Source: Nemertoderma westbladi
Taxonomy: Eukaryota > Animalia > Xenacoelomorpha
Assembly (NCBI GenBank): GCA_032718475.1
Contig: JAUCBJ010006231.1
Location: 1 to 48,754 of the forward strand
Length of the DNA stretch: 48,754 nt
Direction of reading: 5' to 3'
The notes beneath the pieces are model-generated. The model made no database searches. It was given only the letters and a program-made list of their open reading frames with translations, and was not told the DNA's origin. Both the position numbers and the translations under genes were made by a program. How positions within the stretch are numbered: position 1 is the first letter of the stretch; the number at the start of each line of letters is the position of its first letter. Below, in pieces: positions 32,629 through 45,885 of the stretch.

Positions 32629-33449
32629 CACCATAACCCTTAATACACAACCATTTTAGGGGGTCGGAGCCCCCCCCCCCCCCCCCCCTAATTTTTTTCA
32701 AATTTCAAAAAAATGCTACAAAATTTGGTGTGATGATAGATCGACACCTTTTCTTACTGGTGGCCTGGCCGGATTTTTTAATTTATGAGCTATTTCGATA
32801 CAACAAGCCGTTAAAAATCGTCTATTTCGCAATATTTAGCCACCTCCGTCTGCTTTATTTTTCGTCTTTGGAATGCGATCTAGATATCATTAGAACCGCC
32901 TACATCTGCAGATTCCGAATATGAAACCCATTGTAAATTTCACCAAGAACTTCCGGAGATATTATTAAAATAATAAGGTGTAAATTTTTGTGAGGTAAAT
33001 CGCTATAATTCAAATGTTTTTTTACTCAATTCTAGAATATTAATTATGGGTAATGAAAAAACAAGATGGAGAGTTTTAAACGCTCAGCTAAATAATAATT
33101 AATATTCTAGAATAAAGACAACAAAACATCAGAATTATAGCGATTTACGTCTCTAAATTTACACATTAGTATTTTGATAATATCTTTACCAATTTTTGGT
33201 TAAATTTAAAACGGTTTTTAGATTCGGAATCTACACGCTTCGAATGATATCTAGATTTCATTTCAAAGACTTAAAATAAAATCTACGGGGGTGGTTAAAC
33301 ATTGCTAAATAGACATTTTTTAAGGGATTGTTGTATGGAAATAACTGAGAAATTGATATATAGCATTTTATTGATATTTTAAAAAAATTAGGAGGGGTGA
33401 GGGGGTCTCCGACCCCCTAAAAATGGTTGTTGTATTACGGGTTATGGTG
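32629..33449. mobile_element. Foldback MITE with TA flanks, copy 2
   Basis: TA|CACCATAACCCT...GGGTTATGGTG|TA; colinear with 21253-22116. Confidence 0.9.
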
Positions 33450-33499
33450 TAATTTAATATATAATTAATTTAATAATTAATTTAAAGTAATTTAATATA

Positions 33500-34126
33500 A
33501 CAGGCTTATTTAATGTTGTGCAATGATTTGAATAACTTGCTAGATAGTAGTACTAATTTAACGCCTAAAAGTTGGGTTGTGCAATTAAGAGGAATACTAA
33601 ATGATTTAGGATTTAGTTGGGCTTGGCAAAATCAGGATGTAGGTAATAGTGTTAATACTTTTCTATTCAATGTAAAGCAACGTTTCACTGATCAGTTTGT
33701 GCAATTTTGGAGATCAGAAGTAGCATCGTCCTCAAAAGGAAGATTTTATATAAAGGAAATATTCAAACCCTCTACTTACATTTACGTATTGAGTAATCAT
33801 TTAGCGTTGCGCCGGCGTTTTGCGCAATTTAGATGCTCATCACACGGGCTGAGTATTGAAACGGGACGATGGTGCGGTATAGCTAGGGACCAGCGAATTT
33901 GCAATAAAATATGTGCGATTGTAATTTAGTAGAAGACGAGTACCATTTTCTATTAGGTTGCACTTTTTATCACAGCCTGCGGTGCAGATACTTGGGTATG
34001 AGATATATGGTTTTCCCGAATTTTTTAAAATTTATTGAATTAATGCAAACTGACGATCCTACTAAAGTTTTGAATATTGCGCGATATATTTTTCATGTAT
34101 TTAAATTACGTGCAACTGTTAGCTAA
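33500..34126 (+). pseudogene. 3' fragment of a non-LTR retrotransposon ORF2 with C-terminal CCHC finger (RTEX-like)
   Basis: SWVVQLRGIL..LGF...W, FRCSSHGLSIETGRW, RICNKIC / VEDEYHFLLGCTFYHSLR with one frameshift. Clade assigned from motif memory. Confidence 0.8.
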
Positions 34127-34315
34127 CTACTGTATACTGTCTATTGGAAATGTTTAATTTACTGAAATTGTTGATAATATTATGTATGTATATGTACAAC
34201 AGGGGCTTTAAGTAGCCCGATCGTTGATTAATATTAATAATTAACTTAAATATTGCTTAATTAAAGTGTTTCCTGATGTTCATTTTGAATTTAATTTCTT
34301 GGTAGTACTACAGGT

Positions 34316-34706
34316 ACTTGTGTTTTGGGCACACCCCCCACCAAATTTTTTTTACTAGCTAGTTTTTGTTACTTTTTTGTATGTTCTAGAGCATATTATC
34401 TATTCATTTAATATAAAAATGTTGTCCTGAAACAAATTTGTCTTGTTCTAGAACATTACTTTAAACAAAAATTAATAGACGATATGTTCTAGAACATTTT
34501 TTAAAAAAGTAAGAAAAACTAGCTTTGATAACAACAAAAAAACCTAAATAATTAATTTTGTTCTAGACCAACAATAATTTTCTCTAGAACAAAATAAATA
34601 AAAAAAATGAATAGATATTATGTTCTAGAACATTTTTAAAAAAAGTAATACAAACTAGCTATTTTAAACGTTTTCGGGGGTGTGCGTGTTGCCCAAAACA
34701 AAGTAG
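34316..34706. mobile_element. Foldback/MITE-like element rich in TGTTCTAGAACA motifs
   Basis: TACTTGTGTTTTGGGCA pairs with TGCCCAAAACAAAGTA; inner arms TATCTATTCATTT and AATGAATAGATA also pair. Confidence 0.65.
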
Positions 34707-35079
34707 TTCCAGCTAGCTTTCTTGTTTCCAGCAGGTTCTGCTGTAAATCCGCGACCTCCATTATCGTATTCAGCAGTTGATCATGTGTCTCTAAAGTGTA
34801 CCTTGTATCCAGTGAGTACTCACTTTGAGTATCCATACTCACTGAGTATCAGGACAGTAGCCCCTCGGGATTTTATATCTCAGCAATTCTATGTTTTTGA
34901 ATGATAGCTAGTGTTTTTTTACAAGCTAGTATTTTTTAAAATCATAAAATTAATGTGAAAAAATGGATATTTCAGGTATAAACTGGTTGTAGAATACTGT
35001 ATATTAATGACTAAAATAATTTTCAAAAAACTAGCTACCATGAAAAATGTCTAATTTGGTTCTAGAACATTCACCAAAA

Positions 35080-37403
35080 GGGCATTATTGAAAAGTCATT
35101 TCTGGTAACGCACGGAATATGAACGCTCCTTTGTTCGTTTTTGTTCGCTTAAATTGATATTATAGTATTACCAAGTTGATGAAATTATTCTATATCACTA
35201 ACTAATTAATTTTTCATTTTTATTTTCAGTCCTAACATTATATTAATGGAAATAATTCCATATTTAGTTTCGGTAACGCCGGATTGAACTTTGACAAAAA
35301 AAAATAGACCAAAATGGTAATCTCAATATCATTCGAGTTCCCCTACTAAACTGGTTTAAAAATTGTGTACTGGTAGAGCAATAACCCATCTAACTGCTCC
35401 ATTAATTTTAACGATCAAAGTCAAAGAGAAAGTGGAAAACTTTCAATTTTACTAAATGTGGCTCCCGTAACGCACGGAAAGTAACGCACGGATATTTGGA
35501 GTTCAAAATTTCTCAATATCAAATGATGGACAGCACTAATTACGTGCCATATGATGGATAAATTAACAAAATTAATGTAGTATAAAATGATATATTTCTT
35601 CAGACACCCATTCAACTATTAGAAAGCCATTTAAACGAAACTGCTCCTCAAAATGTACCCTGAATAATTACTACTGTAGTAAAGTTATCACTGATATGGT
35701 TTTCACTGGGCTTCTACAGTCAGTATGTAGGCAAGCCTTTATGGTTTATTAACAATAAACCATAATAATCCTATAGGCTATGGAAGAGCGCTGGACTATA
35801 CTGTAGACTGTAGCGACAGTCTAAAAGAAAGAAACAAATTAAATACATTCATTAGTCTTAATGGTCTTCAGTTATTATTGCATTATTATTGCGTTGAAAG
35901 TTCCTTCACCCCCTATCTGGGATGGGTATGCAAAACATAAAACATTGCATAACTTCAGAACTGAGTACAGGAATAAAATATGGCTGTATGTAATACACCC
36001 AGATACCTAAACTAATGGAAATAAAGTTTATTTTAATTATTAAAATAGGCCTAATATCAACCCTCACATCAACTCTCACATCTACAGTAACAGTCTAATA
36101 AAAGGCATTGTCCGGAATTATATACATGTCCGGTATTTTACCAGGTAGTCAAATTCCAGACAGTCAATTTATAAAATGAAAACCACCCAGTTACAAAAAA
36201 CAGTTGAACTGAATGGTAACAATTTGGTTTTATAGTGAACTACAATAGCATCTTGTACAGATGCAAACATAATATCACGAATTAAAGCAATTTAAAGTGT
36301 CCCAAATTAAGAAAAAAGGAAATTTTGTCCGGAATTTGAATAGTCAACCCTACACAATACATTACAATAATTTAATACATTACTGCATTATGGGGCATTA
36401 GCCTAATCTAATAGTACCAGCTGCCAGCAGACCAGTAGTCAATAATAGTCATGCTCATAGTTCAGTAGTTACATTTTGTTTTTGTTGGCCTACACTATAC
36501 TATACTACTTTTGTAGGCCTGTACAACCTGTACCATTATGAGCCTAGGCCTAGATTACCCTAAAAACAGTCCTTTGGTCCCAGTAGGATAGGCTGGCCTA
36601 AGTAGCCTTTCTTAAGTAGCTTTTCTAACTAATTGTCAGTGCACCGGTATAGACTGGACCTAATACAGTGTACAGTGTATAATGAAAAGGCTAGGCTTGA
36701 ATGTTGTAAGAGTCGACTTACTCTACATACACAACACAATCATGTCATACTGTATGTCATACCGGTACAATACTACTGTTGTACATTGGTCATCATTCCT
36801 CATTTACATCCAAGAGGGTCGAAAGAAATTTAATAGTAACGCACGGAACTGATAATATGTAACGCATGGAATAACTTTGACGTCCAAATTCGGTACAAAG
36901 AAACCCGAAAATGATAACACAAACAAATAGGGAGGGATCAAAATGCTCAAAACCCGAACTTTTAAAAGTTTGAAGTCACTAATCCAATTGGAAGAATCAA
37001 AAAAATAAACTTTTGTACAAAAAAAGTAACGCACGGAAAGTAACGCACAGAATCGAACAGGGGGTGCTAGAACTCCTATTTCTAACGGGATACACAAGGA
37101 ATGGATAGTGCAGATCGATTCCTTACCACTCAAAACATGGGGTTTCAAAAAAACCGCACACAAAAAGGACGATTATTAAAGCATTTTAATGGAAGTTAAT
37201 TTGCACTTCTTAAGATTTTTTTTTGTGGCATGTTGCACGACACATTTTTAAAGTTTTCAAATTTATTGAAGGATCCAATAACGTTAGTTTAAACGCAACA
37301 AAATATGTGATTTAATATATGCTTTACACAATAGCACAAAAAAAATCGGAAAATTGAAACATGTTTTTGAAGTTAAAAATGTTACACCTTTTCAATAATG
37401 CCC
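35080..37403. mobile_element. Non-autonomous TIR DNA transposon, 16-bp TIR, probable 4-bp TSD (Sola2-like termini; superfamily uncertain)
   Basis: AAAA|GGGCATTATTGAAAAG...CTTTTCAATAATGCCC|AAAA; GTAACGCACGG-like motifs at 35105, 35273, 35467, 35481, 36836, 36859, 37026 and 37040. Confidence 0.8.
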
Positions 37404-37510
37404 AAAAGCAAAAAACTCAAAAACACAGAAAATAAAGGATAAAGGATAAAAAAACTCATACGGAGGGCTCTTTCCGGTGGGCTACTGTCCATGATATTCT
37501 ATGGACACAT

Positions 37511-37587
37511 TTTGATCAAACTTTGATCAATGTTTGATCAAAGTTTGATCAATGTTTGATCAAAGTTTGATCAATGTTTGATCAAAG
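37511..37587. repeat. Seven 11-bp units built on the palindrome TTGATCAA (22-bp dimer)
   Basis: TTTGATCAAAG and TTTGATCAATG alternate. Confidence 0.92.
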
Positions 37588-39340
37588 GAATGCTTTTTGA
37601 GAGCGGGACTGTAGAGCCATCCAGCGAAACGGATATCATGGTTCCTCATGGATCTCAGATTTAAATTAATTGATTAACATTTTTAAAACGATAATGTGTA
37701 ATTATTGGTGCACGCTTTTGGAGGTAAACGATAAGTAGTGATAGTTTGCCGTAATATAAATTATCTTGGCTGGACGATAGGAAAAAAACATTATTATCCA
37801 CACAGACCACCAATCTACCACCCCCCGTGCTAATTTCGGGTCAGGGAGGTATAAAAAAGCTAATAACTACGGTTTTTAGCCGGAAAAATGCCAGGTTGGG
37901 TGCCTACAGGTCTGGGTTTTGGGTGTGTAGTCGACTTACAGGAGTACTCCAGGTTCGTCAAGATCGCCTATAGGTTTCAAGGGAGCTGGACTCGGGGAAA
38001 CTTTAGCAAATAATTTAAAATCTAACTAAAAGACAAATAGATCCACTTGATTAAGCCAAAGCGTCATTAACCCCTTGTCAACGATAACATATTGTTATTT
38101 CCGGAGATTAGCATTACAATTCAAAACCATTATAATTGTAGAAGACAATAATCCCGCATGGCCCTCGGGGTAAAAACCTAATCTCGAAGAAAATATCAAT
38201 AATTATAATTATATACTCTGTCAACCACTTAATCTTATCAATTATTTATTTAAATTCGTGATAATGTTATTGTCATTCTTCGCAGTAAGATATAAAGTTG
38301 TAGCCAAAAAGATGTACTACCATAGCTGATGATGATGACAGCTCTGTGATATTATAATTATATATAAGGGAGGGGGGGGGGGGGGGTGATTCTATACCTC
38401 CTTAAATAAAGACTTATAATCCGCCATGTGTGAGATTCTGGCAGGGTTGAATATATTTTAATTGCCAAATAGTGCAGATAAGGCGATAAGTGTAATAATA
38501 TATATTCGGTATATCGATCATAAAAAATACTTAACGAAGTTAAATTATTACTCAATTGGTAAATTATGTGTTTATGATTGGGTTAAATGTATCGCATAGC
38601 ACCAAATAATTCGTTGTATTTTATTGGAGTGTGTTCATGACAACATGATTGCATTGCGTTGTATTCAAATTACAATAGACAGTGAAGGTTTAATTGGAGG
38701 TTTTTGAGAAATAGTTGAGCTTCTAATAAACCAATTTTACGCATACTAAATAAGTGAAACCTTTATTAAGCTTATACGCGTGTGTTATTGTTCGCTTTAC
38801 AATACTTTTATTAATTCATAACTTTATTATACTGGCAGTTACATTATAATTTGTTGCCAACAGGACATTATTCTGTGTAATGGGCGATAAAATCTCCCGC
38901 TAATCCACAAAAAACTTTATAATATATTGTCACCGACAGAAAGCGCCCCGCATTTCACTCTTGTCATAAAAGTTTTTTACCGAAAGGAATACTTGGATAA
39001 TTACTTATGTTATTTCTATGCAATTATCAAGAGCTTACTATATGATTACATACAGGTGAGTGAGTGAGTAGTACATATATGTTATTTTTACATATAAACT
39101 CCCATCCCCCACCATTCGGAGATAGTATTACTCGCTTCCGTAACGGTCGTATGATCATGGAACCCATTCTGGCGCGTAGAACGATAATTGAAAAGTTTTC
39201 AAAAATAAAGATAGAGACATCGGGCTGTTATCTTTGTTGACATTTCAAAGCAAAGAACTTTGAATTTTGACATTTTAAAGGCTTTTTTTTCGTCTTCTAT
39301 TCAGTATCCAATCACTAGTATCCTAAGTTTTAGCATTGAG

Positions 39341-39885
39341 GATGAATTCAGCTTATTGGGATCATGGATTTGGAGGTCATAAAACGGCCTTCGAACACAC
39401 AAGGGGTCCGGCCGTATTGCATGGGCTTTCCACAATTTGAAAGTCACACAGGATTAATCGGAAACTTAAGGTCCGATTATTTAGAGCAGCAGTAGTTCCA
39501 GTACTCCTCTACGGGAGTCCATGCTGGGCTCTACTGTGCTGAGGACACCAAATCTCAGGATGACACATTTACAAGAATGCTACGCCTGATTCACTGTGTC
39601 AAGTACAATGCACACATCTCCAAACAGACACTAGATAACATTGGAGGTGGCGGTGTATCGTTGGTTCCCCCAAGCTTGACATTTGAACAAAGCCGCTTCG
39701 CAAGACATTGCTTTCGCTGTGAGGACCAGCTATAACTCTCTTGAGTCGCCGCTTAAAGGACACTGGCCTTGAAGATACGTATAATCGCGCGAAAGTAACG
39801 GGGTATTGGGAGATGAGACGGCGAAATTTTTACCAAAATCCGGCATAGCATTCTCAATGCACTCTGCATCACCGCAAGCCGATAG
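39341..39885 (+). mobile_element. Older degenerate RTE LINE 3' fragment, copy 3
   Basis: ATTAATCGGAAACTTAAGGTCCGATTATTTAGAGCAGCAGTAGTTCCAGTACTCC matches copy 1 over long stretches, with deletions. Confidence 0.88.
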
Positions 39886-40024
39886 AGGATTGCTTGATTG
39901 TTGTACAAATTGTTTTCCTAACAACCATATCAAATCAATGTGCAGCCTAAATGCAGCAGGCTAATTATTATAGATATATAGATGCCACCATGACTGCTTT
40001 CATTGATAAAGAGGTGCCATTGAG

Positions 40025-40150
40025 TAGAGAGCTGGATCACTGTATGGTAGAAAGCTGGATCACTCTATGGTAGAGAGCTGGATCACATTAAATTCAATTC
40101 AATTCACATTTATGCCATTTAAATTCAATTCAATTCATACTACATATACC
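40025..40150. repeat. Short tandem repeats (3 x 23 bp, then 2-3 x ~30 bp)
   Basis: AGAGAGCTGGATCAC three times; TTAAATTCAATTCAATTCA twice. Confidence 0.75.
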
Positions 40151-40366
40151 ATTTAAATCGATATTATCAATCATTGTTTCTACAGTACTATATTCGTAGT
40201 ATATATATGTTCTTACCCATTCAATATAACTGAGCTTATTTGTACATCAATAGAATAATATAACGGATCGTCATGGAAAGTATCCCAGATGACGCCGCTG
40301 TCGGCAACAAAATGGTTCAGAGCGAGAAACGGATGATGAAAGATTCATTCGTGGCTCAAAGACGAT

Positions 40367-43300
40367 TGGACAAGGGCACTAAGGTTTGTGTATAAATGAA
40401 GGGTGGACATGGGCACTAAGGTTTGTGTATAAATGAAGGGTGGACATGGGCACTAAGGTTTGTGTATAAATGAAGTGTGGACAAGGGCACAAAGGTTTGT
40501 GTATAAATGAAGGGTGGACAAGTGCACTAAGGTTTGTGTATAAATGAAGTGTGGACAAGGGCACAAAGGTTTGTGTATAAATGAAGTGTGGACAAGGGCA
40601 CTAAGGTTTGTGTATAAATGAAGGGTGGAAAAGGGCACTAAGGTTTGTGTATAAATGAAGGATGGACTAGGGCACTACGATTTGTGTATAAATGAAGGGT
40701 GGACAAGGGCACTAAGGTTTGTGTATAAATGAAGTGTGGACAAGGGCACTAAGTTTTGTGTATAAATGAAATGTGGACAAGGGCACTAAGGTTTGTGTAT
40801 AAATGAAGGGTGGACAAGGGCACTAAGGTTTGTGTATAAATGAAGAATGGACTAGGGCACTACGATTTGTGTATAAATGAAGGGTGGACAAGGGCACTAA
40901 GGTTTGTGTATAAATGAAGGGTGGACAAGGGCACTAAGGTTTGTGTATAAATGAAGTGAGGACAAGGGCACTAAGGTTTGTGAATAAATGAAGTGTGGAC
41001 AAGGGCACTAAGGTTTGTGTATAAATGAAATGTGGACAAGGGCACTAAGGTTTGTGGATAAATGAAGGGTGGACAAGGGCACTAAGGTTTGTGTATAAAT
41101 GAAGGGTGGACAAGGGCACAAAGGTTTGTGTATAAATGAAGGGTGGACAAGGGCACTAAGGTTTGTGTATAAATGAAGGGTGGACAAGGGCACAAAGGTT
41201 TGTGTATAAATGAAGTGTGGACAAGGGCACTAAGGTTTGTGTATAAATGAAGGGTGGACAAGGGCACAAAGGTTTGTGTATAAATGAAGAGTGGACAAGG
41301 GCACTAAGGTTTGTGTATAAATGAAGGGTGGACAAGGGCACAAAGGTTTGTGTATAAATGAAGTGTGGACAAGGGCACTAAGGTTTGTGTATAAATGAAG
41401 TGTGGACAAGGGCACTAAGGTTTGTGTATAAATGAAGGATGGACTAGGGCACTACGATTTGTGTATAAATGAAGGGTGGACAAGGGCACTAAGGTTTGTG
41501 TATAAATGAAGGGTGGACAAGGGCACTAAGGTTTGTGTATAAATGAAGGGTGGACAAGGGCACTAAGGTTTGTGTATAAATGAAGGGTGGACAAGGGCAC
41601 TAAGGTTTGTGTATAAATGAAGTGAGGACATGGGCACTAAGGTTTGTGTATAATGGAAGGATGGACTAGGTCACTACGATTTGTGTATAAATGAAGGGTG
41701 GACAAGGGCACTAAGGTTTGTGTATAAATGAAGGGTGGACAAGGGCACTAAGGTTTGTGTATAAATGAAGTGAGGACAAGGGCACTAAGGTTTGTGTATA
41801 AATGAAGTGTGGACAAGGGCACTAAGGTTTGTGTATAAATGAAATGTGGACAAGGGCACTAAGGTTTGTGTATAAATGAAGGGTGGACAAGGGCACTAAG
41901 GTTTGTGTATAAATGAAGGGTGGACAAGGGCACTAAGGTTTGTGTATAAATGAAGTGTGGACAAGGGCACTAATGTTTGTGTATAAATGAAATGTGGACA
42001 AGGGCACTAAGGTTTGTGTATAAATGAAGGATGGACAAGGGCACTAAGGTTTGTGTATAAATGAAGGGTGGACAAGGGCACTAAGGTTTGTGTATAAATG
42101 TAATGTGGACAAGGGCACTAAGGTTTGTGTATAAATGAAATGTGGAAAAGGGCACTAAGGTTTGTGTATAAATGAAGGGTGGACAAGGGCACTAAGGTTT
42201 GTGTATAAATGAAGGGTAGACAAGGGCACTAAGGTTTGTGTATAAATGAAGTGTGGACAAGGGCACTAAGGTTGGTGTATAAATGAAGTGTGGACAAGGG
42301 CACTAAGGTTTGTGTATAAATGATGGGTGGACAAAGGCGCTAAGGTTTGTGTATAAATGAAGGGTGGACAAGGGCACTAAGGTTTTTGTATAAATGAAGG
42401 GTGGACAAGGGCACTAAGGTTTTTGTATAAATGAAGGGTGGACAAGGGCACAAAGGTTTGTGTATAAATGAAGGGTGGACAAGGGCACTACGATTTGTGT
42501 ATAAATGAAGGATGGACAAGGGCACTACGATTTGTGTATAAATGAAGGGTGGACAAGGGCACAAAGGTTTGTGTATAAATGAAGGGTGGACAAGGGCACT
42601 ACGATTTGTGTATAAATGAAGGATGGAACAGGGCACTAAGGTTTGTGTATAAATGAAGGGTGGACAAGGGCACTAAGGTTTGTGTATAAATGAAGGGTGG
42701 ACAAGGGCACTACGATTTGTGTATAAATGAAGGATGGACAAGGGCACTACGATTTGTGTATAAATTAAGGGTGGACATGGGCTCTAAGGTTTGTGTATAA
42801 ATGAAGGGTGGACAAAGGCACTAAGGTTTGTGTATAAATGAATGGTGGACAAGGGCTCTAAGGTTTGTTTATAAATGAAGGATGGACAAGGGCTCTAAGG
42901 TTTGTGTAAAAATGAAGGGTGGACAAGGGTACTAAGGTTTGTGTATAAATGAAGGGTGGACAAGGGCACTAAGGTTTGTGTATAAATGAAGGGTGGACAA
43001 GGGCACTAAGGTTTGTGTATAAATGAAGGATGGACAAGGGCTCTAAGGTTTGTGTAAAAATGAAGGGGGGTGGACTAGGGCACTACGATTTGTGTATAAA
43101 TGAAGGGTGGACAAGGGCACTAAGGTTTGTGTATAAATGATGGGTGGACAAAGGCGCTAAGGTTTGTGTATAAATGAAGGGTGGAAAAGGGCTCTAAGGT
43201 TTGTGTATAAATGAAGGATGGACAAGGGCTCTAAGGTTTGTGTAAAAATGAAGGGTGGACAAGGGTACTAAGGTTTGTGTATAAATGAAGGGTGGACAAG

Positions 43301-45885
43301 GGCACTAAGGTTTGTGTATAAATGAAGGATGGACAAGGGCTCTAAGGTTTGTGTAAAAATGAAGGGGGGTGGACTAGGGCACTACGATTTTTGTATAAAT
43401 GAAATGTGGACAAGGGCACTAAGGTTTGTGTATAAATGAAGCGTGGACAAGGGCACTAAGGTTTGTGTATAAATGAAGAATGGACTAGGGCACTACGATT
43501 TGTGTATAAATGAAGGGTGGACAAGGGCACTAAGGTTTGTGTATAAATGAAGGGTGGACAAGGGCACTAAGGTTTGTGTATAAATGAAGGGTGGACAAGG
43601 GCACTAAGGTTTGTGTATAAATTAAGTGTGGACAAGGGCACTAAGGTTTGTGTATAAATGAAGGGTGGACAAGGGCACAAAGGTTTGTGTATAAATGAAG
43701 TGTGGACAAGGGCACTAAGGTTTGTGTATAAATGAAGGGTGGACAAGGGCACTAAGGTTTGTGTATAAATGAAGGGTGGACAAGGGCACTAAGGTTTGTG
43801 TATAAATGAAGGGTGGACAAGGGCACAAAGGTTTGTGTATAAATGAAGTGTGGACAAGGGCACTAAGGTTTGTGTATAAATGAAGGGTGGACAAGGGCAC
43901 AAAGGTTTGTGTATAAATTAAGTGTGGACAAGGGCACTAAGGTTTGTGTATAAATGAAGGGTGGACAAGGGCACTAAGGTTTGTGTATAAATGAAGGATG
44001 GACTAGGGCACTACGATTTGTGTATAAATGAAGGGTGGACAAGGGCACTAAGGTTTGTGTATAAATGAAGGGTGGACAAGGGCACTAAGGTTTGTGTATA
44101 AATGAAGGGTGGGCAAGGGCACAAAGGTTTGTGTATAAATGAAGGGTGGACAAGGGCACTAAGGTTTGTGTATAAATGAAGGGTGGACAAGGGCACAAAG
44201 GTTTGTGTATAAATGAAGTGTGGACAAGGGCACTAAGGTTTGTGTATAAATGAAGGGTGGACAAGGGCACAAAGGTTTGTGTATAAATGAAGTGTGGACA
44301 AGGGCACTAAGGTTTGTGTATAAATGAAGGGTGGACAAGGGCACTAAGGTTTGTGTATAAATGAAGGATGGACTAGGGCACAACGATTTGTGTATAAATG
44401 AAGGGTGGACAAGGGCACTAAGGTTTGTGTATAAATGAAGGGTGGACAAGGACACTAAGGTTTGTGTATAAATGAAGTGAGGACAAGGGCACTAAGGTTT
44501 GTGTATAAATGAAGTGTGGACAAGGGTACTAAGGTTTGTGTATAAATGAAATGTGGACAAGGGCACTAAGGTTTGTGTATAAATGAAGGGTGGACAAGGG
44601 CACTAAGGTTTGTGTATAAATGAAGGGTGGACAAGGGCACTAAGGTTTGTGTATAAATGAAGTGTGGACAAGGGCACTAAGGTTTGTGTATAAATGAAAT
44701 GTGGACAAGGGCACTAAGGTTTGTGTATAAATGAAGGGTGGACAAGGGCACTAAGGTTTGTGTATAAATGAAGGGTGGACAAGGGCACTAAGGTTTGTGT
44801 ATAAATGAAATGTGGACAAGGGCACTAAGGTTTGTGTATAAATGAAATGTGGACAAGGGCACTAAGGTTTTTGTATAAATAAAGGGTGGACAAGGGCACT
44901 AAGGTTTTTGTATAAATGAAGGGTGGACAAGGGCACTAAGGTTTGTGTATAAATGAAGGGTGGACAAGGGCACTAAGGTTTGTGTATAAATGAAGGGTGG
45001 AAAAGGGCACTAAGGTTTGTGTATAAATGAAGGGTGGACAAGGGCACTACGATTTGTGTATAAATGAAGGGTGGACAAGGGCACTACGATTTGTGTATAA
45101 ATTAAGGGTGGACATGGGTACTAAGGTTTGTGTATAAATGAAGGGTGGACAAAGGCACTAAGGTTTGTGTATAAATGAATGGTGGACAAGGGCTCTAAGG
45201 TTTGTTTATAAATGAAGGATGGACAAGGGCTCTAAGGTTTGTGTATAAATGAAGGGTGGACAAGGGTACTAAGGTTTGTGTATAAATGAAGGGTGGACAA
45301 GGGCACTAAGGTTTGTGTATAAATGAAGGATGGACAAGGGCTCTAAGGTTTGTGTAAAAATGAAGGGGGGTGGACTAGGGCACTACGATTTGTGTATAAA
45401 TGAAGGGTGGACAAGGGCACTAAGGTTTGTGTATAAATGATGGGTGGACAAAGGCGCTAAGGTTTGTGTATAAATGAAGGGTGGAAAAGGGCACTAAGGT
45501 TTGTGTATAAATGAAGGGTGGGCAAGGGCACTAAGGTTTGTGTATAAATGAAGGGTGGACAAGGGCACAAAGGTTTGTGTATAAATGATGGGTGGACAAG
45601 GGCGCTAAGGTTTGTGTATAAATGAAGGATGGACAAGGGCTCTAAGGTTTGTGTAAAAATGAAGGGTGGGCAAGGGCACTAAGGTTTGTGTATAAATGAA
45701 GGGTGGACAAGGGCACAAAGGTTTGTGTATAAATGAAGGGTGGACAAGGGCACTAAGGTTTGTGTATAAATGAAGGGTGGACAAGGGCACTAAGGTTTTT
45801 GTATAAATGAAGGGTGGACAAGGGCACTAAGGTTTGTGTATAAATGAAGGGTGGACAAGGCCAATAAGGTTTGTGTATAAATAAA
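40367..45885. repeat. 37-bp satellite array, about 149 units
   Basis: Consensus TGGACAAGGGCACTAAGGTTTGTGTATAAATGAAGGG, head-to-tail with no unique spacers; degenerate units continue to about 46010. Confidence 0.99.

Noticed and set aside
40379-45790. The many 61-98 aa MPLSTLHLY... ORFs
   Set aside because: Translations of the satellite with GTG/TTG starts; unit length is not a multiple of 3.
40367-45885. 37-bp repeat as a CRISPR array
   Set aside because: Units are head-to-tail with no unique spacers, there are no cas genes, and the context is eukaryotic.
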